Part shown: positions 9,127 through 18,238 of the stretch, one piece after another
Layout: the number at the start of each line of letters is the position of its first letter
Numbering within the stretch: position 1 is the first letter of the stretch
DNA from: Ostreococcus lucimarinus
Taxonomy: Eukaryota
Assembly: GCA_000092065.1 (NCBI GenBank)
Contig: CP000581.1
Direction: 5' to 3' (one strand)
Length of the DNA stretch: 64,000 bases
The notes under the pieces: model-generated
Database searches by the model: none
Told to the model about the DNA's origin: nothing
The model's input: only the letters and a program-made list of their open reading frames with translations
Made by a program: the position numbers and the translations under genes

Positions 9127-10668
9127 ATGCGAGCGAGAGGGCTGTGGACCAAGGTGCGAGTGGTGGTGATTCTCAATCAATTGCTCGGACGCGTGCGGCG
9201 GGGCGAGAAGTTTGAAAAGCTGCACGATAAGGATAAGCTTCTGATCGAGTTCGTGGGGGTGACGGGGAGGGATATTAGGGATGAGATTCGCCGCGTGCAG
9301 GAAAAGTTTAGCGCGCCGACGAAGAGAAAGACGCTGTTGGCTTTGACGCTCAGGCAAAAGGTTTATCTCGCGCTCACGGAGCCGTCGTCGGGAAGGCTGG
9401 CCTTGTCGATCAGTGCGTTGATGTTTACGTTGATTTTCGTGTCGATCAGCTCTTTCATCGCGAGTACAATGCCGGAGCACTCGGGGAAGGCGAGTTTGGA
9501 CATCATAGAGATGGTGTGTCAGCTGATCTTTTCTCTCGAGTACGCGCTGAAGATATGTTGCGCGCCAAAGCGGTGGATGGCGGTGAAGGACCCGCTCAAC
9601 TTGATCGACCTGGCGTCCATTATTCCGTGGTACGCCGAGATAGCGATTTCAGGCTTGCAATTTGGTTACGAGGGAGCGGAAAGCTCATCGTCGACATCCA
9701 GTGCGCGAGTTTTGCGAATCTTTAGACTGTTTCGCGTCATCAAGGTGTTCCGACTCGGTAGTCGGGCGAAGAAAATCCAAGTGGTCTTGATCGCCGTGCA
9801 AGACAGCGCGGACATGTTCGTCGTGCTAGGGTTTCTACTTGCTTTAGGACTGGTGATGTTCAGTGCGTTGATATACTTTGCCGAAAACGGACAAAGCCCG
9901 CCGACGAACGCGTGGGACGCCAACGAAGGCGACGAGTTTGATTCCATTCCGAGCGCGTTTTGGTGGTGCATGGTTACTTTGATGACCGTGGGCTACGGTG
10001 ATGCCGTGCCGACGACGATTTGGGGTAAATCTGTCGCGGCGATCACGATGTTAGGTTCCGTGGTGATCACCGCGCTCCCGATTTCTGTCATCGGCGCCAA
10101 CTTCACGCAGCAGTGGCTCGCGTTCAAGGCGAAGGAGCATCGCAAAGTTGTCAGGCTGAACATCAAAGATCATTCAGAGCTGCTGCTCAAAGAGATGTAC
10201 GCATACTCACAAGTGGTCAGCGCTTTGAGCGATCACATCAGCGCGATTCAGAACGCCATCATCCGCGAAGTTGGCGTCGTTCGCAAATTGCTCGACGACG
10301 TTCTGCAGATGGCGCCAACGTCTTCACAGGAGGAGGTCACGATACTTGCTCGCACGGTGGATTATCGTTTCAGCAAAATAGAAGACATGAAGGAGGAGCT
10401 AGAAGAATTAGTTGAGACTTATGACCTGGTGTCACACACGGAGTTTTCAGTTTCACTGCAAGAACTTAAGGCGATCGGGAACAAGATGCGAAAACTGGAG
10501 GAAACGGGCAGCTTGTTGGACGATGATGTAGAAACATTGGTGCAATCCACGTCGGCATTGCGCTCGCAGCTTGCCCGCGTGAAAGAAATTTTGGATCACA
10601 CGCGAAGCAACACTCCGATGACCAAGGCCGCGGAATTAGCGAGTGAGCCCGCACGGAGCGGGCTCTAG
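9127..10668 (+). CDS. voltage-gated K+ channel (6-TM Kv type) with a long C-terminal coiled-coil tail and no recognisable T1 domain
   Basis: S1-like RQKVYLALTEPSSGRLALSISALMFTLIFVSISSFIASTMPE. S4 RVLRIFRLFRVIKVFRLGSRAKK with Arg every third position. Pore/selectivity filter FWWCMVTLMTVGYGD. S6 AITMLGSVVITALPISVIGANF. Real ATG at 9127. Confidence 0.85.
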   Translation: MRARGLWTKVRVVVILNQLLGRVRRGEKFEKLHDKDKLLIEFVGVTGRDIRDEIRRVQEKFSAPTKRKTLLALTLRQKVYLALTEPSSGRLALSISALMFTLIFVSISSFIASTMPEHSGKASLDIIEMVCQLIFSLEYALKICCAPKRWMAVKDPLNLIDLASIIPWYAEIAISGLQFGYEGAESSSSTSSARVLRIFRLFRVIKVFRLGSRAKKIQVVLIAVQDSADMFVVLGFLLALGLVMFSALIYFAENGQSPPTNAWDANEGDEFDSIPSAFWWCMVTLMTVGYGDAVPTTIWGKSVAAITMLGSVVITALPISVIGANFTQQWLAFKAKEHRKVVRLNIKDHSELLLKEMYAYSQVVSALSDHISAIQNAIIREVGVVRKLLDDVLQMAPTSSQEEVTILARTVDYRFSKIEDMKEELEELVETYDLVSHTEFSVSLQELKAIGNKMRKLEETGSLLDDDVETLVQSTSALRSQLARVKEILDHTRSNTPMTKAAELASEPARSGL

Positions 10669-10783
10669 TCTAGGAAAGCGAGCGTGAGTGGCGTCGCCAG
10701 ATGGTCCGCGAGTTGAGAGATTGTGATGATTATCTACTACTTATAGCTAAAAACGTGCGCCGATATCCACGCATGGACTAAGC

Positions 10784-11722
10784 CTAGGAAGAGGTCGCGT
10801 CGGCGTCTGCGAGATCGACCAAACCTAAGAAGTGTTCGCTTCCTCTCAGTAGCGGCGCGTCGACGAGTCTCATCGTAAATTTCATGGGACGCTTCTTCGT
10901 GTCGACATCCACCATCTTCAACCTACCGCAATAGACGTACTCGCACCCTTCCATGCGACAAAAAAGATGTAAAGGCCAGTCTACGTATTTTGGTGCCGCT
11001 TCTTCGCCGTTCTCTGCGCGTGTCATGGCGTCTTCCACGCTCTCCTCTTCTAGCGTCGACGTCTTCATAATCGACTTGATGACGGGTGAATCCTCATCTT
11101 GTCTCGGTTGCGCGAACCACGTGATTCGCGACCCCGCGCGAGTGAAGACGTTATCATACGCGTTTCCGTGCTTGTCTCCGACGTTCACGTATAGCGCGAC
11201 GCAATTTTTCCATTCTTGTATTCCACTCATCTTGGAAAATTTTGGATTGCTCACCGGACTCAACGCGTGAACTACCGCCGCCTTCAACGCCCCCCGGTCG
11301 CTCTCAGGTGGATGGATCGGTTCACCTAGATAATTTGCGTACACATCCCAGAGATTTGCGTTCAACGCACGCAGGGAGTTCGCGCTCGGCGCCTCGCGTT
11401 TGCTCGAAGAGAAATATTTCTTCGTCGTCGCACTCGAGGACGTTTGCGTCATCTTCGCGCGCTTGCGCGCCGAAACACCGTCGCCGAGATCATCGTTGAC
11501 GTCGAAGGTCGTGTAAACCGGGGCTGGGAGCCGACGGACGCGCCCTGAGCGACGTAAATCAGCCTCGTTTGTGGGTTGCTTGGGACGAGGGCCGCGAGGC
11601 TTTGCCGGCGTCGGGCGCTCGGCGTGGAGCGCGGCGTGCGCGGGATTTGACGCGATCAGACGCTCGAGGATAGATTTATTGCGCGCGATGCGCGCCTCGC
11701 GCTGACGCTCGAATTCGTTCAT
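10784..11722 (-). CDS. hypothetical conserved protein (basic N-terminal region plus C-terminal Cys/His-containing globular domain)
   Basis: 312-aa ORF with genome-typical codon usage, between convergent and divergent neighbours. C-terminal segment HLFCRMEGCEYVYCGRLKMVDVDTKKRPMKFTMRLVD looks like a folded domain; a GNAYDNV stretch is weakly HIRAN-like. No confident family. Confidence 0.5.
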   Translation of the reverse strand: MNEFERQREARIARNKSILERLIASNPAHAALHAERPTPAKPRGPRPKQPTNEADLRRSGRVRRLPAPVYTTFDVNDDLGDGVSARKRAKMTQTSSSATTKKYFSSSKREAPSANSLRALNANLWDVYANYLGEPIHPPESDRGALKAAVVHALSPVSNPKFSKMSGIQEWKNCVALYVNVGDKHGNAYDNVFTRAGSRITWFAQPRQDEDSPVIKSIMKTSTLEEESVEDAMTRAENGEEAAPKYVDWPLHLFCRMEGCEYVYCGRLKMVDVDTKKRPMKFTMRLVDAPLLRGSEHFLGLVDLADADATSS

Positions 11723-11821
11723 CGCGCGCGTGCGTATGTTGTTGCTGGCGCTCTCTCACAGTGACAACGCCCTACGGGCTAGAGATATTTTGGTTGACCA
11801 AAATATTTTGGTTGACGCGGC

Positions 11822-14800
11822 CTAAGCCGCGGGCGTCGGAAGCGCGACGCAAGAGAGCATGCCGAATCGATCACCGTAGATATATCTGTTTCGAGATACT
11901 TCAATCACGGAGCACAGCGCGCTAGTGGAGCGCTTCAGAGGTGGCGCGCACATTGCGACAGGCGACCAGCTCGAGCGGCGTCCTTGTAGACGCGCTGTGG
12001 AGAGGTTCCAGCACGCAAATGAACAGTCTGTAGATGCTGAGAGTAATGGCTTCATCTCCATGTCTCTGACTCCCTTACCGGAGCTTCCCGCATTCACAGA
12101 ATTCGTCCGTTTCGGTCTTCCACTCCCCTCGGTCGTCAGGCACGTCACCGCTCCGACGTGCGCTCGAGACTTGCTCACGCAGCGCCACGCCTGACGAACA
12201 TCGTTCACGAGTTCGCCCCCGGACCAAAGGCACAGCTCGCCGTCGCTGGAACCAGATGCGATTATACCCACGGGCTCACGACCACGAGTTTCGTCCTGAA
12301 GTACGCAGAGCGAGGTGACGTCACCCAAGTGCCCGCTCAGACGAATGTCGCCCCCGGTGTCGCCATCGAGACGCAACACTCGCACTAAACCGTCCGCACC
12401 CGCGCTGGCGGTAGAGTCTGACCCTCGCAAAGGTGCCAAATACGTCACTCTGCCTTGATGCGCGTGTGCCAGCGACACTGGCCCTGCTGTGGCGTAACGA
12501 GGATCCCAAGCGCGCACCACGCCCGCGGCATCGCCAGTGAGAATGCTGCCGACGGCACCGCCGCGCGCGTCGCGAGTGGCAAAGGCAGTGACGCCACCAA
12601 CGTGGCCTTTAATCACGCTCACTGCACGCGTTGCATCGCTTTGTCTAGCGTCCCAGAGTTTCACGGTGCCATCGTTTCCCGCCGATGCGGTGAGCGGCGC
12701 AGACGATATTACTTGATTCACCACCGGAGACACGAAGGATACGGTTTCTCCTCTGTGCGCGTCCGGAACGATGGATATACGCGTGCCCGTCACCGAATCC
12801 CACGTCTCAATCACCCCATCACGGCGACCGCAGAACGCATGCGCGCTACGCGGTATAAACGTCAGCGCAGAGAGCGGTGATGCGTGAATTTGCGGACTGT
12901 GCGAACGCGTCGTGACGCCTGAATCCGGAGCGAAGAAAGCGACGTCACCTCGGCCACTTCCAAGAGCCACCAAGGACGAGACAACACCAGACTGCACAGT
13001 CATCGCCGTAATGGCTGATCGATCCCATATCTGTGCTTCAATAACGTCCGAAGGACAACAATCTTGCACGGGTGCGTACGAATGTAAGGCTCTGTCGTTT
13101 GCGCCAAAGTGGAATGCGCTCGATTGTCGCAACTTTTCCACCCAAGACTCGAATGAAATCGTGGAGTACGCCGACGCCGACAGAGCTCTGCCAACACTAA
13201 CGTCGACTTCAACGGAACACATTTTCTCAAAATCAAATCTCACCATGACTTCGTTCAATAACGCAGAGGATTGGTCCGAAGTCAGTCCGACGAGGGCAAA
13301 GCACCGAACCAGATCACTTGTCCTGGTTTCGGCGTCGGTACCGTGTAACCATGCGACGTCTGTATTGACGGCAAATAAACCGCACCAAAGATTGACAGCA
13401 TCCCATCGTGCGGCTCCCTTTAACCAAAGCGTGCGGGTATTCGAAGGCTGATAAGTGCGTACGATGCGGATGGCGTGCGCCAGCGACGTGGCATCGCCGG
13501 CAGCATCGGCGCGCAGAACGGCTGCGCTGATCGCGATTGAAACAATATTGAAACGCCTGGTACCGGAGATCAAATGCCTTTTGACACCAGTGAGAAGAGC
13601 GATGTAGTTGAGAGTTGCGGCGTGCTCCGCCAAGGCGGCCGCCACGACGTCGTCGTGATTGGTGAAAATTGGATACACGAGCGCCGTCGCCTCGTCGACG
13701 TCGTCATCGTCATTGGATGGCTGCAAATCTTGCGGGACCTCGACCGTATCGATCGCCTCATCGTCGTCAAGCACATCCAAATCATCACGGTGCGAACGGA
13801 TGTAGTCAGCCAATGATGCCGCATCTTTCTTTGTCAGCGTGTTGTAATACCAGTCAAAGTTGACCGCCTTGTCAGCGTTCTCGGCGACTTGTATCGCTTT
13901 TGCTAGGGCGCGTTCTTCGGGCAACGCGTCGGACCCCATTCGACGTCGCACTCTATCTTTTAACCATCCCCATGTTGCTCGCTTTAGCGTCGAATTGGTT
14001 GACGATCGAGCATCTCGGACGGGAACATCGTTGAATTTGTCGACGTTTTCGCCGCCGAGCGAAGGAGAAGAGTCCATAAACTTTGCCTCGATCTTTTGAT
14101 AAATCGAAAGCGAGCGCATAGACTTTGCGCTTTGCTGGGCGTCATCGAAATTCGAAATATGAAGACGCGGTATCAAAAGCGAGTCCGTCGACCGAGACTC
14201 GATAGAAGCGGGTAAAACCAACGAGTCGCCTGTCAGCTGTGTCGAACGAAATTTCGCGCGTCTCTTCCTGCCGATGTCTCCTGCTACAGATTTTCCAAGC
14301 CTGGACAGCGACGAAGCGTCGTCTAGCAAGGACAAGAACGCATTTGTTTCCAAAATCTGATCCGTGAACGCACCGCGCCAACGACTGATTTCGTGCCTAT
14401 AATCGTGTTTCTTGAGTTGCGCCGCCCCGCTGGCGTCCTGCACGACGTAACGATGAAGAGAATCGAGCTGAAGTAACTCGTACCAAAAATCGGTGAAAAC
14501 CGCAGTCACACGCATGTTGACGTCCGCATCCCAGTTGACGAACATGCTCGCATCGAGCTCGTCCGTATCAACGATACCAGGCTTGATTATCTTTCGCACG
14601 CGTTCGATGAAATCTCGCAACATGCTCTCTTGAGGCAGGAGAATTTGCTCGCCGCCGTCTCGCATCGATCCCGTGTCTAAATCTACCACCGTAACACCCT
14701 CGAGCGCGCGTTCATCCACGTCGACGTCGTGCGTGGCTCCCATGATAAACGGCATGGGCGCATCCAAGTAATCAACCATTGAAATCGGCAAGCAGGGAAT

Positions 14801-15727
14801 GTACACGTGTCTCCACACGAGCGGATGCGCGAGCCCGCTCAGGGCTTCGGCGCACTTGACCAACAAGCTCACCTGCTTGCTTCGCAACAGCAACCGACGC
14901 TCGCACGCGATCGCCGCGACACACTTGAACACAGTTCGCACGGGCAAACACCGCATCAGCGGCTCTTTACCGTCCGCAAACGCCTCGCGCGCGCCGTGAT
15001 CCGCCGCCCCCCGCGGCGGCACCGTCACCAACGCGCCGCCGATTGGAAACAAAACCGCGCGATCGCGTCGCCACATCAACCTATCCACCACCATCTCCGC
15101 GATCACGGACAGAACCGGTAGGTGCCCTCGCCCTGGCTTTCTAAAGTAAGCCTCGAACACGTGCTCCAACGCCTCCATCCACGCGTCCAGGCACGGCATT
15201 CGCGACACCAAACACACGCACGCCCGCGCGCGCGTCGCCCCCGCCGTCTCCCCGCTCATCGTCCTCAGGCTCCGCTCCGGCGTCGCCGCCACGAACGACA
15301 CGCACGCGACGTATATCCTATCCCCGTTTTCATCCGTCAGTATCGTCGGGTACCGAGTCGGATGTTCGTCGTCCGCGCGTTCGTCGTCGCCGTACGCGTC
15401 GACGCCTCGCGGCAGCGCCAGCGTCGCCAACTGCGCCGGGTACCGCGCGCTCGCCCGCGGGCACTCATCGAGCACGCCGGCGTGATACACCGTCCGCGTC
15501 CACTCGCGCGCGTCCGCCGTCGCCGCCGCCGTCGTCGCCGTCGCCGTTCCGCTCGCGATACCGTTGCTCGACGTCCCGACCCCTCGCGCGCGCGCGCGCC
15601 GCATCGCGCGCGGGTTCGGCGGCAACCCGCACACGACGAACGCGTCCACGCACGCGCCCGTCGTCGCGCGCGCGCGCCGCGCGTCGCCGTCGCCGTCCTC
15701 GTCGCCGTCGTCGCTCGCGCGCGTCAT
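11822..15727 (-). CDS. DENN-domain protein with C-terminal WD40 repeats (DENND3-like candidate Rab GEF)
   Basis: N-terminal uDENN/DENN-like region (RYPTILTDENGDRIYVACVSF...LPVLSVIAEMVVDRLMWRRDRAVLFPIGGALV). C-terminal WD repeats (GHVGGVTAFATRD, DGTVKLWDARQSD, LSGHLGDVTSLCVL). 1301-aa ORF. Start ATG 15727 lies only 18 bp from the divergent methyltransferase ATG, so the true start may be downstream (e.g. Met at about 15604). Confidence 0.7.
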   Translation of the reverse strand: MTRASDDGDEDGDGDARRARATTGACVDAFVVCGLPPNPRAMRRARARGVGTSSNGIASGTATATTAAATADAREWTRTVYHAGVLDECPRASARYPAQLATLALPRGVDAYGDDERADDEHPTRYPTILTDENGDRIYVACVSFVAATPERSLRTMSGETAGATRARACVCLVSRMPCLDAWMEALEHVFEAYFRKPGRGHLPVLSVIAEMVVDRLMWRRDRAVLFPIGGALVTVPPRGAADHGAREAFADGKEPLMRCLPVRTVFKCVAAIACERRLLLRSKQVSLLVKCAEALSGLAHPLVWRHVYIPCLPISMVDYLDAPMPFIMGATHDVDVDERALEGVTVVDLDTGSMRDGGEQILLPQESMLRDFIERVRKIIKPGIVDTDELDASMFVNWDADVNMRVTAVFTDFWYELLQLDSLHRYVVQDASGAAQLKKHDYRHEISRWRGAFTDQILETNAFLSLLDDASSLSRLGKSVAGDIGRKRRAKFRSTQLTGDSLVLPASIESRSTDSLLIPRLHISNFDDAQQSAKSMRSLSIYQKIEAKFMDSSPSLGGENVDKFNDVPVRDARSSTNSTLKRATWGWLKDRVRRRMGSDALPEERALAKAIQVAENADKAVNFDWYYNTLTKKDAASLADYIRSHRDDLDVLDDDEAIDTVEVPQDLQPSNDDDDVDEATALVYPIFTNHDDVVAAALAEHAATLNYIALLTGVKRHLISGTRRFNIVSIAISAAVLRADAAGDATSLAHAIRIVRTYQPSNTRTLWLKGAARWDAVNLWCGLFAVNTDVAWLHGTDAETRTSDLVRCFALVGLTSDQSSALLNEVMVRFDFEKMCSVEVDVSVGRALSASAYSTISFESWVEKLRQSSAFHFGANDRALHSYAPVQDCCPSDVIEAQIWDRSAITAMTVQSGVVSSLVALGSGRGDVAFFAPDSGVTTRSHSPQIHASPLSALTFIPRSAHAFCGRRDGVIETWDSVTGTRISIVPDAHRGETVSFVSPVVNQVISSAPLTASAGNDGTVKLWDARQSDATRAVSVIKGHVGGVTAFATRDARGGAVGSILTGDAAGVVRAWDPRYATAGPVSLAHAHQGRVTYLAPLRGSDSTASAGADGLVRVLRLDGDTGGDIRLSGHLGDVTSLCVLQDETRGREPVGIIASGSSDGELCLWSGGELVNDVRQAWRCVSKSRAHVGAVTCLTTEGSGRPKRTNSVNAGSSGKGVRDMEMKPLLSASTDCSFACWNLSTARLQGRRSSWSPVAMCAPPLKRSTSALCSVIEVSRNRYIYGDRFGMLSCVALPTPAA

Positions 15728-15745
15728 TCGTCGACGCGTCGACGA

Positions 15746-16591
15746 ATGACGACGCGCGCTCCGGACGACGGCGACGCGCGACGCGGTCGCTCGACGACGG
15801 GCGCGTCGTCGGACGCCTTCGTCGAGGGCGACGCGTTCGAGTACGCGCGCCGGACGACGGCGAACACGACGGGGCAGCTGACGTGGCCCGCCGCGCGCGC
15901 GCTCGCGGCGTTTCTCGACGCGAGCGACGCGCTGCGGCGCGCGCGCGAGGTGCTCGAACTCGGCAGCGGTAACGGTTGGCTCGGCCTCGCGGTGCTGCGC
16001 GCGCGCGGCGCGCGCGACGTGCGAGTGACGATGACGGAGACGACGGAAGGCGGCGCGCTGCGATGGCTCGAGGCGCGGGCGCGGGCGAACGCGGCGTGGG
16101 GACGGATCGAGGGCGACGACGGCGCGCGCGCGCGGTGTCGAGCGTTGAATTGGAACGCGTTTTCGTCCGACGCGGCGGCGAGCGACGCGGGCGACGCGGG
16201 CGACGGCGAGGAAGGCGCGAACGCGGACGCGAGGGGCTCGGCGAGGACGGAGGACGAGACGCCGCTCACGGCGGATTCGCCCGAACTCGCCGACGTCGAC
16301 GTCGTGCTCGGCGCGGATTTAGTGTACGACGACGCCGGTGTCGTCGCGCTTCCGCGCGTCGTCAAGGCGTTGCTCTCGCGCGCGCGGTCGGGTGCGGTGT
16401 TTTATTACGCGCACACCAAGCACAGATACGACGGGATGGATTTGGATTTTTTCGCGAACGTCTCGGCGAACGGGTTGACGTGCGAAGAGGTTCGCCCGCG
16501 CGGCGCCCCGAGTCCACCGCCGAGCCCACCGCCGTTCGAATCGTTATTTCCCGATCAGCGCATCGCTATTTATCGCATCGCGCTCGCGTAG
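15746..16591 (+). CDS. class I SAM-dependent protein methyltransferase, METTL21/FAM86 family (Methyltransf_16-like)
   Basis: FEYARRTTANTTGQLTWPAARALAAFLDA...VLELGSGNGWLGLAV matches the family-16 N-lysine methyltransferase motif (W.AA.LA.FL...VLELG.G.G..G). First real ATG is at 15746; the track ORF from 15122 is antisense to the DENN gene. Confidence 0.7.
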   Translation: MTTRAPDDGDARRGRSTTGASSDAFVEGDAFEYARRTTANTTGQLTWPAARALAAFLDASDALRRAREVLELGSGNGWLGLAVLRARGARDVRVTMTETTEGGALRWLEARARANAAWGRIEGDDGARARCRALNWNAFSSDAAASDAGDAGDGEEGANADARGSARTEDETPLTADSPELADVDVVLGADLVYDDAGVVALPRVVKALLSRARSGAVFYYAHTKHRYDGMDLDFFANVSANGLTCEEVRPRGAPSPPPSPPPFESLFPDQRIAIYRIALA

Positions 16592-16659
16592 TTTTGTATT
16601 AGTAGTTTGTAGTCGCGAGCGCAGCCGCCGCGCGAGCGCAGCCGCCGCGCCGTCACAAC

Positions 16660-17823
16660 ATGGCGCTCGCCGCGCGCCGCGCGCCGCCGCGCGCGCTGGT
16701 CGCGCCTCGCGCGCGCGCGCGCCTCGCGCGCGCGAGCGTCCGCGCCTCGCGCGCGCCCGCGGTCGACGACGACGCGCGGTTCGGGCGGCGTCGCGACGCG
16801 CTCGCGCTCGGTGACGTCGTGGAGGTGCGTCTCGTGCGTCGACCGGGCGCGAGCGCGGGCGACGCGGCGACGGCGGTGGGAGAGATTTCAGATTTCGTGA
16901 CGAACTCGAGCTTTCACGCGGACGGGATCAAGGTGCGGCTGAAGAGCGGGGAGATTGGGCGGGTGACGCGCGCGCGCTGGGACGACGAAGACGACGAAGA
17001 CGAAGTCCACGAGGACGAGGACGAGTACGAGGACGAGGACGAAGACGAGGACGAGGACGCGCGTCAAACGTCATCGAGCGCGGCGACGACGTCGAACGGT
17101 GGTGAACGCGCGGGTGAGGCGCTTCGGACGGCGTACGTGTCCGGCGTCTCAAAGTCGTCGTCGGCGGCGGACGTCAAAGCGTTGGCTTCGGGATTACCGG
17201 GCGTCAAGAACGTGCGCGTGCCCGTGCGAGGAGGGTCGCACATGGGGTACATGTTCATCGAGTGCGCGGACGGCGATGGCATGCGAGGCGTGATCGAGGC
17301 TCTGCACGGACGGGAATTCCACGGCAAGGCGCTGGTCGCCGAGCGCGCGAAGGAGGATCCGAAACCGAAAAAGAAAAAGCCCAAGACCGATGCAGCGAGC
17401 GCGAAACTGAAAACGAAGAAGACAAAAACGCGCGCTGAGCTCGAGGCCGAAGCCGCGGCGCGCCGCATCCTCGACGCTCGCGCGCAAATGGAAGCCGACG
17501 CGCTCCTGGAACTCGAGCGCGCCAAACGCCGGCGAGAGCGCGAGCTCGAGGTCCGCGAGCGCGAGCTCGAGGTTCAGCGCGCGCTCGATCTCGACCGCGA
17601 ACGTCGCGCAAGAAACCTTCTCGAGCGGCGCGCCGCCGCCGCTCAGGCTCGCGCCGAGCGCGCTCGAGCCGCCGCCGACGCTCGCGAATCCGCGCTCTCC
17701 GCCGCGCGCGCGCTCGGCGACGTCCGCATCGATCCGTCCTGGCGTCCTCGCGCCGACGCTCTTCGCGAAACTCTCGCCCGTTTACGCGTCGACGCCGACG
17801 ATGGTCGACCCTCGCGCTCTTAG
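16660..17823 (+). CDS. RNA-binding protein with Arg/Ala-rich presequence, barrel-like segment, acidic DE tract, RRM-like domain, Lys-rich and coiled-coil tail
   Basis: RRM-like YVSGVSKSSSAADVKALASGLPGVKNVRVPVRGGSHMGYMFIECADGDGMRGVIEALHGREFHGKALVAE. Poly-acidic DEDDEDEVHEDEDEYEDEDEDEDED. KKKKPK motif. ELEV repeats. Real ATG. Confidence 0.6.
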   Translation: MALAARRAPPRALVAPRARARLARASVRASRAPAVDDDARFGRRRDALALGDVVEVRLVRRPGASAGDAATAVGEISDFVTNSSFHADGIKVRLKSGEIGRVTRARWDDEDDEDEVHEDEDEYEDEDEDEDEDARQTSSSAATTSNGGERAGEALRTAYVSGVSKSSSAADVKALASGLPGVKNVRVPVRGGSHMGYMFIECADGDGMRGVIEALHGREFHGKALVAERAKEDPKPKKKKPKTDAASAKLKTKKTKTRAELEAEAAARRILDARAQMEADALLELERAKRRRERELEVRERELEVQRALDLDRERRARNLLERRAAAAQARAERARAAADARESALSAARALGDVRIDPSWRPRADALRETLARLRVDADDGRPSRS

Positions 17824-18238
17824 CGCCGTAGCCCTTCGTTGTAGCTTGTAGCGGTTGTAGCGGCGAGCCTTTCGCCTCGAGAGATTTCGCCAAATCATGG
17901 TCGAGCCGCGTTTTTCGCCAAGTGATGGTAAAAACGGACCTCGCGGGACGGGGTCGCCTCCCGCGCGCTCGCATCCGCCTTTTCACGACGCACGCGAGAG
18001 AAGAGTACGTCACGACCGCCGACGCGCGCGCGCGAACGCAATCGAACCATTCGCGTCGCCTCGCGCGCGCTCGTGAAGCGACGCGTGGCGCGACCGACGC
18101 ACCGACCGCCGCGACGCACCGGGCCAAACCCCGAGCGCGCCGCGATCGCGCATCGCGCGTGAAACCTCTCGCGCGAGCGCGAGCGCGCGAACAAGAGACT
18201 GACGATCGACGCGCGCGTTTCGTTTTCATCATTCACAG

